Positions 41,761-53,284 of a DNA stretch of 64,000 nucleotides are shown here, piece by piece. Each line of letters starts with the position of its first letter. The first letter of the stretch is position 1. Below the pieces are notes generated by a model, which saw only the letters and a program-made list of their open reading frames with translations, was not told the origin of the DNA and made no database searches. The translations under genes were made by a program, and so were the position numbers. The stretch is from the human T2T-CHM13v2.0 reference genome, Homo sapiens, in the NCBI RefSeq assembly GCF_009914755.1, contig NC_060929.1. The stretch is one strand, 5' to 3'.

Positions 41761-42811
41761 TGAGCAAACTAAAATGCAACGAAAAAGCAATGTACTGGTG
41801 CTGTGGGTGCCCAGAAGAAGATCCTGTATCCATGCATCTAACTTTTGGAAGCTTTAAATATAACTGGCTAGAATTTATTTTTCAAATACAGCATCTGTTT
41901 TTAAAATTAACTCCCTTTTCATAAAGTGCACTGTTGGTGTGATCTTTGGTTTCATGTTCTTTGCAAGAGACCAATACTCTCTAAGCATCTGAATAATGCA
42001 GAGTAAAGATCCAGAGTCCTGCAGGTTTTCTTCAGACTTGGGAGACTGAGGATTCATGTACTTAAGATCAGGGGCATATAAAAGCAATCTACAGACTCAG
42101 GTTATAGGGTGTGATTTTCTAAGTCAATATTCAGTTTCACAGCCAGAATCTGTGAAGAGAGAACAAACCATGAGAAAACTAACAATTTTATGGTGATTGA
42201 GAGGATCCAAGTTCCTGGAGTTTTAAAAAAATCAGTTTTTAAAGATAAACAAACTAAAACTAGTCCAAGCACTGAGACAGAGTATTAAAAGATGGTAGCA
42301 CACCCAAAGAGCACGGTGGGTCTTGAATAGCTAACATGTTTCAAGTAGTGGAGGAAGATGTGCTTAAATAGTTACCTATTTAATTGCCTACTTATCTAGT
42401 TAGCAGTGATAATGTAAGCTCCCTGATAGCAGGCACTGTATCTTACATGTTTACATGAAAGCAGGTCTTTCATGTTTACATCCCAGGAAACACAAACTGT
42501 ATTTCCTATGGAAATGGCAAAATAAATTCCTGTTGAATGGAACAATTTTGGTAAATTCTGTATGATTCCTATTCAAATTGGAAAGAATTAAAACAAATAA
42601 CATTAATTTTCTTTCAATATTAATATGTATCACAGAAATTGTAAAGCAATATCTGACAGAACAAGAAACATAAATTCAAGTAACTTATAGAAGACCTGAA
42701 TTTGGGGAATATGTCATCATATATAGCATTTCTGTGAAAAAATAATCAAGAGAACAAACTTACACGCGATACTTTTAAAAGAATAATCTATACTCATGAA
42801 CATTTAGTATG

Positions 42812-43198
42812 TGGTATAGTTTGGATTTGTCTCTCTACCCAAATTTCATATCAAATTGTAGTCCCCAGTGTTGGAGGAGGGGGCTGTTGGGAGGGCTTGA
42901 TTGGATCAAGAGGGCAGACTTCTCCCTTGCTGTTCTCATGATAGTGAGTGAGTTCTCACAAGATCTGGTTGTTTAAAAGTATGTAGCACCTCCCTCTTCT
43001 CTTTCTTCCTCCTGCTCTAGCCATGTAAAACATGCCTGCTTCCCCTTCCCCTTCTGCCATGATTGTAAGTTTCCTGAGGCCTCCCCAGCCATACTTCCTT
43101 TACAGCCTGCTGAACCATGAGCAAAGTAAGTCTCTTTCATTTACAAATTATCCAGCCTCAGGTAGATCTTTATAGCAATGTGAGAACAGACTGATACA
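42812..43198 (+). mobile_element. MSTA/MSTB MaLR solo LTR
   Basis: TGGTATAGTTTGG...CTGATACA; TSD GTATG/ATATG. Confidence 0.9.
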
Positions 43199-43562
43199 AT
43201 ATGCTCATATTTGCACTCCACAATGGCACAGGCTTCACTAGATGTATGGTATCCATTTCAACTAAAAGCAATCTGAAATGCAAAAAAATCATCTAGATTG
43301 ATCATCCAGTAGAAGTTTTACTCAATCAGCAGGCTTTACTCAAGAAACATTACATGCCCTGGGGGGCTAGATCAACTTTCCATAAAAGGAATTCAAATTT
43401 TACATGATATCTCTATGTCTTACCCTCAGTGAAAATTGGTGAAAATTTCTTTCCTGGCTCAAAGCCTAGATCTGTACTTTTTTTTTAACTGAATAAACAA
43501 AGATAATTATTTTGCATCCTGAGCATGAGGTCATATCATTCATTGAGAAGAGAGGTTCTTTT

Positions 43563-44100
43563 TGTAGCAGTCACTATTAATTCTCTAATAGTCATTTCTC
43601 CCATCCTCCTTGCTAACAGAACCCCATGTAGTTCAGGCAGCCCTATGCCCAGTCCCATGGGATGAGTAAGGAAATGTATAATAATCAGTCAAGGGCATTC
43701 CATTGCTCTTGGCTGGTGATTAGCCTACAAGTGGATATATGCCCTACTTCTGGCTAAACAGAAGTAAAGAAAGCATTTTCTTTTGGGATACAGTCAGGAA
43801 TGCAAGGACAAAGAGCTCACACCTCCTACCCTCCCTTCCTATCTGTGTGTGGTGTGGATATGCTATGTAGAGGTGTGGCAGCCATTTTGCAATCATGAGG
43901 TGACAAGCCTGTGAAGGAACACCAATGCTATGATGTTGAGCAAATGAAAGGACCTGGGTCCTTGATGGTAACACTGAGTCACTGAACCTATCTGCAGATG
44001 GTTTATCTCCATGTCTTATTGAGTGAGTAAATAAAAGCCCTCATGATTTACAGTTATGTAAGGCTCTCTGATAAGTGCTCCCCAAAGCATCCTAACTATC
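43563..44100 (+). mobile_element. MLT1 (J/K/L-like) LTR
   Basis: GTGGCAGCCATTTTGCAATCATGAGG; GGACCTGGGTCCTTGATGG; CAAAGCATCCTAAC. Confidence 0.75.
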
Positions 44101-44619
44101 TATAACAACTCTTAGACATTTAGGCAAGGATAATTTAAAATTTAACCAGTCCTGCTTCTCCTATATTTTCTATAATCCAACAACCTTTTTCTCTTTTCAT
44201 CAACTTTCCTCTGAACTTAGATCACATGGTTCATCATTCAACCATACACTTACTATAACATTTTTAACTCCCTCACACCCTTATCCTTCTGCTGCACTGG
44301 CTCAGCAAAACCCCATCCTAGATCAATCAATCATCCACATTTCCCATCCGTATCTAGGATCCTGAATATCACCAGAGAAAATCATAGAATCAACAGATTA
44401 GTGTCATCACAAATTCAGTCTGCATTCTCAGTTCAGTCCTAAGGAATAACCTATAATCCTTCTCTGCATCTCTAGCTAGTCACTCTCCCAACAACTGTTT
44501 CAAGCCTTCACCAACTCATCCCTCCCTGTCTATGTACATCTCATTTCTGCTTTATAGGACTCCCTCAGTTTCTCAGCAGCCACTCACAGTTACCCGTATT
44601 CACTCTCACCATTGTCTTT

Positions 44620-44985
44620 ATTGATTGTAATCATTAAGTTGTTCACTAAATACCCCAACGATCCACCTTTATAGCATTTGTTAAGATCACACTAGCTGAT
44701 CCTCTAGTACTTGGACAGTGGTTAACGAACTCTCACCAATAGTGAGGGGAAATGACATGTGTTGCTTTCGGACCAGGGCATTTCATTGCCAGTGAGGGCT
44801 CCTCCAGAACTTTCTTCCCCTCTGTCATGGAAACCAACAATATCTCAGTTCCATCTAGGTGACTATAATGAACAAAGCAGAAGTAGACACGTAGCATGAA
44901 TAAGAATTAAACTCGTTAAAAAAAAAAACTAAGATTTTGAAGTGTTTGTTATTGTTGCATAATATAGCCTATTCTCACTGATACA
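44620..44985 (+). mobile_element. MLT1 (H/I-like) LTR
   Basis: GTAGCATGAATAAGAATTAAAC...TTTGTTATTGTTGCATAATATAGCCTATTCTCACTGATACA. Confidence 0.7.
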
Positions 44986-45097
44986 TCTTTTCTCTTACAT
45001 CACAAAATATTGTGTCTCCCCTGTCATCTCTCAGATGTATCCTTCCACTTGTTCTCCATCCTCAGAGATGCTGTTCCATCAATCATTCTGTCTCTCT

Positions 45098-45200
45098 TAT
45101 ATATCGTGTGTATGTATGTATATATATGTGTGTGTGTCTGTGTGTGTATGTATATATGTGTGTGTATATATATACACACACATATATTTTATATATATAT
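45098..45200. repeat. (TA)n/(TG)n compound microsatellite
   Basis: Direct reading. Confidence 0.9.
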
Positions 45201-45277
45201 CCTCAACCTTTCCTTCATTCTGCATGTATCTTTAAACCTTTCCTTCATTCCATTTAGTATAAAAATTTGTTTAAAGT

Positions 45278-45339
45278 AGTGTTACAGCTTTTTTAGAATT
45301 TGTCTAGCAGGCTTTCTGGTTTTCACCATAAAATGCCCC
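45278..45339 (+). pseudogene. RNU7: U7 snRNA processed pseudogene (RNU7-type retrocopy)
   Basis: AGTGTTACAGCTTTTTTAGAATTTGTCTAGCAGGCTTTCTGG matches the U7 5' end; U7-specific Sm site AATTTGTCTAG at 45297-45307; A-tail; TSD 45261-45278 / 45355-45372 (16/18); 3' stem arm mutated. Confidence 0.93.
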
Positions 45340-45639
45340 ACACGGACTAATAAAAAAAAATTGTTAAAAGTAACCCCATATTTTCAATCTTTTAAAAATG
45401 TCCATTATTGATCCTATATATCTCCATAGCTTCCATCTTTATGTCTTTCCCTTATAAAACACAAGTGGGTCAAGGCCTACTGCCTTGCTTGAACAATATA
45501 GTCTTTATGTACTGCATTCACTTGCACTCTTCCCATTTACTCTTCATCCCATCATAATCTCATAGCCACCTCACACCATTCTACGACAGCATTCTTCCCA
45601 AAATTATATGTGCACTCAGGTGCTAAACTGAATGGACCC

Positions 45640-46293
45640 TGTACTGGACAAGCTGGCCTATTTTCCTCTGTACATACTTCTTCTTCTTTCTTAAAATGGC
45701 CCATTCCCAGCCCTTCTGAATGAATCTGCTGTGCCTTGGCCTACAGGCTCCATTACATAGACTTGGATGTACTTTCCACCATGAGACTCCCCCAAGAAAC
45801 TCCCCAAATCAGGCACAGCTGATTAGCCATGAGAAGACAGCTAATCTAAAGGCAACCAATCCATAGGAAAGGCCAGAAAATTGGGATTTGTGTACAGGTT
45901 CAAGAAAAGGATCTCGGCTAGGTTTTCTTTCTCTCATGAATTTGAGCTAAGATCAAAGGAAAGTTGGCATTTGATGACGAGGAAATGGTCCTAGGAGTCT
46001 ATGAAAAATTGGAACTGGGTCAGCACTACGGCCATATACAAGAAACCACAGAGCAAGGTATTAGCTGAGAACAGGTAACTGGGCAGCAACTCAGAGATGA
46101 CCTCTGGAGAAGGGGTAGAGTGAATAGCTTTGGTTCCTACTGGCCTTCCAGACCCAGTGGCCAGTCTTTTTGTGGTCCAGTTGTGCTTGGCTTTTGTCTC
46201 AGATTTATATACAATTCTATAAAGTATCCTTAAAATGAATCCCTATTACTATAATGTGAGGGGATTTTTTTTCTTAGCAAAAAGTTCTTTTAA
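45640..46293 (+). mobile_element. Old ERVL-class LTR (LTR16/LTR33-like)
   Basis: TG start, GGCAACCAATCCATAGG, purine-rich centre and ERVL-like 3' end; interrupts L2. Confidence 0.4.
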
Positions 46294-46612
46294 CCCTTAT
46301 TTCATTTTGCCTCCTTATAGTATTTTGCAATATTGACCAATCCCTCTCTTGAAAGTTTCTCCCACCTTGCTTCTCCGACAGGAGGAGCCTCTGCTTCATC
46401 TTCTATTGATACCTCTCATTTCTTCTCAGTCTCCTTCAGTGGCTTCTCTTCCTCTGCCAATCTGTTAAATGTGAAGGTGACTGAAATTCCCCTGTTGGCT
46501 TTGGTCCACACTCCCTGGACACTTTACCCACTGTCATGTCTTCAACTCCAATCTAGCTGCAAACTCTTGGGATTTAATTCTGCCCAACTAATGTGAATTT
46601 TTGGAAAATCAC

Positions 46613-47167
46613 TGTATTAGGGTTCTCTGGAAGGACAGAGCTAATAGGATATATGTATATATGAAAGGGAGTTTATTCAGGAGAACTGACTCACGTGATC
46701 ACAAAGTAAAGTCCCACGATAGTTCGTCTGCAAGTTGAGGAGCAAGGAAGCCAGGGGTGGATCAGTCCGAGTCCCAAAACCTCAAAAGTAGAAGAGACGA
46801 CAGTGTGGCCTTCGGTCTGTGGCCAAAGGTCCGAGAGACCCTGGCAAACCACTGGTGTAAGTCCAAGAGTCTAAAAACTGAAGAACTTGGAGTCTGATGT
46901 ACGAGGGCAGGAAGCATTCAGCATGGGAGAAAGATGAAGGCCAGGAGACTCAGCAAGTCTGCTCTTCCATCTTCTCCTGCCTGCTTTACTCTAGCCACAC
47001 TGGCAGCTGATTAGATGGTGCCCACCCAGATTGAGGGTGGGTCTGCCTCTTCCAGTCCACTGACTCAAATGTTAATCTCCTTTGGCAACACCCTCACAGA
47101 CACACCTAGGAAAAATACTTGGCATCCTTCAATCCAATCAAGTTGACACTGAATATTAACCATCACA
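46613..47167 (-). mobile_element. MLT2A (A2-like, HERVL) solo LTR, 555 bp
   Basis: TGTATTAG...CAAGTTGACACTGAATATTAACCATCACA; exact TSD ATCAC (46608-46612 / 47168-47172). Confidence 0.94.
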
Positions 47168-47654
47168 ATCACATTTACATTTGTTAAAACAATCATTCAA
47201 TTATTAGTCATAAGACTTCACATTTTTCATTTCTAAGATAGTTTGTAACACTGTAGTGAAGGTCTGTGACCAAGTTCTCAACACTATCATTCATTAGTGC
47301 ATAATAACAACCTTTCAACAAATATCTGATAAAGATGCCACAGTAGAAAATTCTGGAGCAAAAATATAAAATAAAATTATTCAACTAAATCTTCAGTTTA
47401 AATTTGCTCAGAGGGTTTTGTTTGGTTATGTACAAGAATTTTGTAATTTAAATTTTTATGTAGAAAACTGTGTAATCAAAGTAATTATTAAGACTGAAGT
47501 CAGCCATGAGTTGGGAAAAAAAATCACTACACACACACACATTATCTATGAATATATTATACATACATACACATATTTATGACCAATGGAAGAAGGAAGT
47601 CAGGAATTGATTAATGTCATATAACTGTAAAGAAATAATTTAAGATCATAATAT

Positions 47655-47796
47655 TTCATTGCCTCACTTTATAGATGAAACAGAGAAACAGAGAACCCAT
47701 GATTTGCCCAAAGTGACACAGCTTGCTCATTGCAGAATTGGACAGTCGTGAAGGTCAACTGACTCCTTCTCCAGCACTCTTCCCAGCACACTATGC
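47655..47796 (-). mobile_element. MIR SINE
   Basis: TTTATAGATGAA...TGATTTGCCCAAAGTGACACAGC. Confidence 0.75.
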
Positions 47797-50170
47797 TTTA
47801 TCAACTGCTCTCAAACATAATGGCAATATTTTTGAGGATTGAAGAAGACACAGTCAGAGGGCATTTATCTTCTCAACAGAATCTCCTTCTGCCATGGCAC
47901 TTTTCTCCCATTAGGATCCTGCATATGGGAGATGGGAAGCAGATGTTATGAGAACGGATGTGAGAAAAGGCAAATTCACACCTTCTCTTTGATGAGCTTA
48001 GAAGGACTCAAACTACTCTCTCTGGAGTAGTTAAGACATCTGCTGAGATGTACCAAAGCTTTGATCCAAGAGCTTGAAGTCCCAGAGTCATGAAATCACC
48101 CCAGGAAGAGAAATAGGGTGGGTTTTAAATCACATTTGGTAATTAATATCTGGGTATAAAATATACTAAAATTAGAAAAAATGGTGACAGATAAAAATTG
48201 TTAGAAAATGTTCCAAATTATTTCATTAGAAGATTGCTCTAAAGTGCCATATTTAAACATACCAAGGCTATTGTTTTCAATAATTAAAATATTCTACTAC
48301 TTTTAAAGATTTATGTGTGAATATGTATGTGTGTATGTGTGAGTGCATATATATATCTCTGTGTCTATATATGTGTGTATATTTACATATACATGTAATA
48401 TTGAGAGTGACAGAGAGGCAAACTGCAAGAGCTTGAACAGAGAACCTCATCTGAATCGGGAAAAATTAAAATCCTGGGTTCAATCACCAGGCATCTGGCA
48501 CTTAATAATGGCCTTTCCAAATTATAAGTTTAGCTTTTAAATCTTTTTTAAAGCACATGAAATGTTTTAAATTTATAAAACACTATACAGTTATATATAT
48601 ATAGAGAGAGCTATAGTTGTAAATTTAAATGTACAGTTATAGATAATGTATGGTTATAAATAGCTATAGCTATATATATTATGATAACTGTATATATAAT
48701 TATAAATATATGTAAGTATATATATATACATTTATGCCCACAGACACACACATACACACACAAAGTGACAAAAACATTTGCGGGTTTTAATTGAACTCTT
48801 CATATACTATGCCAAGAGAAAACATTCTGATTTCTCAAATCAGATCACAAAACAATCAAAAGATGAGGGAGGCATTGAACTGCAGCTTTGACTGAATGGC
48901 TGCATTGAATCCAAAATTCCAGAAATATTTTTACTGCCTACTCTTTGCAGTCAGGTTATATTAAATCATTTATATTCTGAGATACCCACATGCATGATGA
49001 AGTCAGCATCTCTCTTTAGAACAGCAATATCAGACAGCCCACCGGGGTGGTGGTGAGTGATTGTGCAACCCAGCCCAGGAAACCATGCTTTTCACACAGA
49101 TCCTTGCAACCAGTGGATCGGGAGATCCCCTCATGAGCCCATGCCACCAAGGTCTTGGGTCCCAAGCACAGAGCTGTGTGGAATCTCAGCTGCCACTCAG
49201 GCATGCAGGGAGACCAGGAGTTTTTGCGTACTCTGGCCCCAGGAATTCCAGCGAAGTAGGAGATTCACCCATTCCTCTCGGAAGGGGGCTGAAGCCAGGT
49301 AGCCAAGTAGTGTCGTTCAGTGGGCCCCACTTCCACGACACCTCACACTGGTTTGGAATTCCAGTCAACCGGCAGCAGCAGGTTGGAGAATGCCTGAGAT
49401 GACCAAGTTCCCAGTGGGGGAAGGATAGCCAACATCTCTGCGGCTGGAGTCAGCCTGTTCTGGCCTGCTGGCTCTAGGGAGTCTGGGTGGTCCAGGCTGG
49501 GAGGAATTCCCCACAGCACAGCACATTTGCTGTGGCAGATCATGGCCAGACTGCTTTAAGTGGGGCTCTAATCCATCCCTTCTCACCAGGTGGGGCCTCC
49601 CCATGGCAATTTTGGCAACTGCAGCCAGGGTTTTATGGACAGAACTCTGATCTCCCTGGGACACAGCCCCCTGGGGAAGGGAGCGGTCATGGTATCTAAG
49701 GCTCAGCTAACTTAGCCTTTCCCACCTGCTGGCTCCGAAGAGTCTGGGGGCTTCTGTACAAAAGGGGGTTTCCACCAGCGCAGTGCACCCACTCCAACAA
49801 GGGGAAGCCAGACTGCTTCTTTAAGCAGATCCCTGATCCTTTTCCTCCTGACTGGGTGAGACCTCCCAACAGAGGTCTCCAGGCACTTCCTACAGAAGCG
49901 TTTGGGCCGGCATCAGTTTGGTGCCCATCTGGAAAGGACCTCCCAGAAGAAGGAGCAGGCTGCCATCTTTGCTGTTTTGCAGCCTCCACTGGTGATACCT
50001 CCAGGTGCAGTGGAAACCCAGGTGATTAGGGTCTGGAGTGCACACCCAACAAACTGCAGCAGCCCTACAGAAGAAAGGTCTGACTGTTAAAAAAAAAAAA
50101 CAAAAAAAAAAAAACAGAAAGCAACAACAACAACAACATAGACAAAAGAGACCCCATAAAAACCCCTTTC

Positions 50171-50560
50171 GATAGACTGGATTAAGAAAATGTGGCACAT
50201 ATACACCATGGAATACTATGCAGCCATAAAAAATGATGAGTTCATGTCCTTTGCAGGGACATGGAAGAAATTGGAAAGCATCATTCTCAGTAAACTATCG
50301 CAAGAGCAAAAAACCAAACACCACATATTCTCACTCATAGGTGGGAATTGAACAATGAGATCACATGGACACAGGAAGGGGAATATCACACTCTGGGGAC
50401 TGTGGTGGGGTGGGGGGAGGGGGGAGGGATAGCACTGGGAGATATACCTAATGCTAGATGACGAGTTAGTGGGTGCAGCGCACCAGCATGGCACATGTAT
50501 ACATATGTAACTAACCTGCACAATGTGCACATGTACCCTAAAACTTAAAGTATAATAAAA
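50171..50560 (+). mobile_element. Young 5'-truncated L1PA2-like 3' end (about 390 bp) inserted in the older L1 5'UTR
   Basis: AATGCTAGATGACGAGTTAGTGGGTGCAGCGCACCAGC (GAG rather than the Ta ACA diagnostic); TSD core CCCTTTC on both sides. Confidence 0.92.
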
Positions 50561-51169
50561 AAGAAACCCTTTCAAAGGTCAGCAACCTCAAAGATCAAAG
50601 GTAGATAAGCCCACAAAGATGAGAAAGAATCAATGCAAAAATGCTGAAAACTCAAAAAGCCAGAGTGTTTCCTCTCCTCCAAATGATCGAACACCTCTCT
50701 AGCAAGGGCAAAGAACTGGGGTGAGGATGAGATGGCTAAATTGACAGAAGTAGGCTTCAGAAGATGGGTAATAACGTACTTCATTGAGCTAAAGGAGCAC
50801 GTTCTAACCCAATACAAAGAAGCTCAGAATCATGATAAAACAATACAAGAGCTGATAACCAGAAGAGCCAGTTAAAAGAGGACTATAAATGACCTGATGG
50901 AAAAACAACACAAGAACTTCACAATGAAATCACGAGTGTCAATAGCCAAATAGACCAAGCAGAGAAAAAACAGAATTTACATTCTTCTAATCACCACATG
51001 GCACTTACTCTAAAACTGATCACATAATCAGAAGTGAAACACTCCTCAGCAAATGCAAAAGAACTGAAATCATAACAAATAGTCTCTCAGACCACAGTGC
51101 AATCAAATTAGAAATCAAGGTTAAGAAACTCACTCAAAACCAAACAACTACATAGAAACTGAACAACCT

Positions 51170-51519
<350 letters not shown>

Positions 51520-53249
51520 TTAAGGCAGAAATTAAGAAGCTCTTTGAAACTAATGAGAACAAAAGGACAACATACCAGAATCTCTGGGATGCAACTAAAG
51601 CAGCAGACAGCAGAAGGCAAAAAATAATCAAGATCAGAGCAAAGCTGAAGGAGATAAACACCAAAATCCCTTCAAAAAATCAACAAATTCAGGAGTTTTT
51701 TTTTGAGAAAATTAATAAAATAAATAGACTGCTAGCTAGACTAATAAAGAAGAAAAGAGACAAGAACCAAATAGACACAATCAGAAATGATAAGGGGGAT
51801 ATCACCACTGACCACACAGAAATACAAACAACCATCAGAGAATACTATAAACACCTCTATGCACATAAATTAGAAAACCTAGGAAAAATGGGTAAATTCC
51901 TGGACACATACAACCTGACTGAACCAAGACTGAACCAGGAAGAAATTGAATCCCAGAATAGACCAATAACAAGCTCTGAAATTGAGGCAGTAACAAATAG
52001 CCTACCAACCAAAAAAAAAGCCCGGGACCCGATGGATTTAGAGCTGAATTCTACCAGAGGTACAAAGAGGAGCTGGTACCATTTCTTCTGAAACTACTCC
52101 AAACAATTGAAAAGGAAGAATTCCTCCCTAACTCATTTTATGAGGCCAGCATCATCCTGATACCAAAAGCTGGCAGAGATACAACTAAGGAAAACTTCCC
52201 TCCAATATCCCTGATGAACATCAATGCAAAAGTCCTTAATAAAATACTGGCAAACCAAATCCAGTAGCACATCAAAAAGCTCATGATCAAGTTGGCTTCA
52301 TCCCTGGGATGTTGGTTCAACATACACAAATCAATAAACATGATTCGTCACATAAACAGAACTAAAGACAAAAACCACATGATTATCTCCATATATGCAG
52401 AAAAGGCCTTCGATAAAATTCAACATCCCTTTGTGTTAAAAACTCTCAATAAACTAGGTATTGAAGGACCATACCTCAAAATAATAAGAGCCATATATGA
52501 CAAACCCACAACCAATATCGTACTGAATGGCCAAAAGTTAGAAACATTCCCCTTGAAAACTGGCACAAGACAAGAATGCCCTCTCTCACCACTCCTATTC
52601 CACATAGTATTGGAAGTTCTGGTCAGGAAAATCAGGCAAGAGAAAGAAATAAAGGGTATTCACATAGGTAGAGGGGAAGTCAAATTATCATCGTTTGCAG
52701 ATGATATAATCCTGTATCTAGAAAACCCCATCCTCTCAGCCCAAAAGCTTCTTAAAACTTATAAGCAACTTCAGCAAAGTCTCAGGATATAAAATCAATG
52801 TGCAAAAATCGCTAACATTCCTTTACACCAACAACAGGCAAGCAGAGAGCCAAATCATGAATGAACTCCCAAGCACAAATGCTACCAAGAGAATAAAATA
52901 CCTAGAAATACAGCTAACAAGGGAAATACAGGACATCTTCAAGGAGAGCTACAAACCACTGCTCAAGGAAATCAGCAAGGACACAAACAAATCGAAAAAC
53001 ATTCCATGCACAATATCATGAAAATGGCCATACTGCCCAAAGTTATTTATAGATTCAATGCTATTCCCATCAAACTACCATTGACATTCCTCACAGAATT
53101 GGAAAAAACTCTTTTAAAATTCATATGGAACCAAAAAAGAGCTCGAATAGCCAAGACAATCCTAAGCAAAAAGATCAAAGCTGGAGGCATCATATCACCC
53201 ATCTTCAAACTATACTACAAGGTTACAGAAACCAAAACAGGATGGTACT

Positions 53250-53284
<35 letters not shown>

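Larger units (their letters stand above)
44200..46575 (+). mobile_element. Fragmented L2, host of MLT1, the U7 retrocopy and an ERVL LTR
   Basis: L2-like pyrimidine tracts (GGCTCAGCAAAACCCCATCC; TCTTCTCAGTCTCCTTCAGTGGCTTCTCTTCCTCTGCC). Confidence 0.6.

Noticed and set aside
42071-42090. TATA box TATAAAAG as a promoter
   Set aside because: No CpG island, initiator or downstream ORF; such motifs are frequent in AT-rich DNA.
48584-48694. 11-bp inverted repeat around an AT-rich tract (also a 9-bp IR at 36951-36999)
   Set aside because: Expected in TA-rich low-complexity DNA or at chance frequency.
53253-53283. Internal poly(A) run as a separate retro-insertion
   Set aside because: It sits at a natural short A-run of L1 ORF2 with colinear flanks and no TSD; slippage expansion is more likely.
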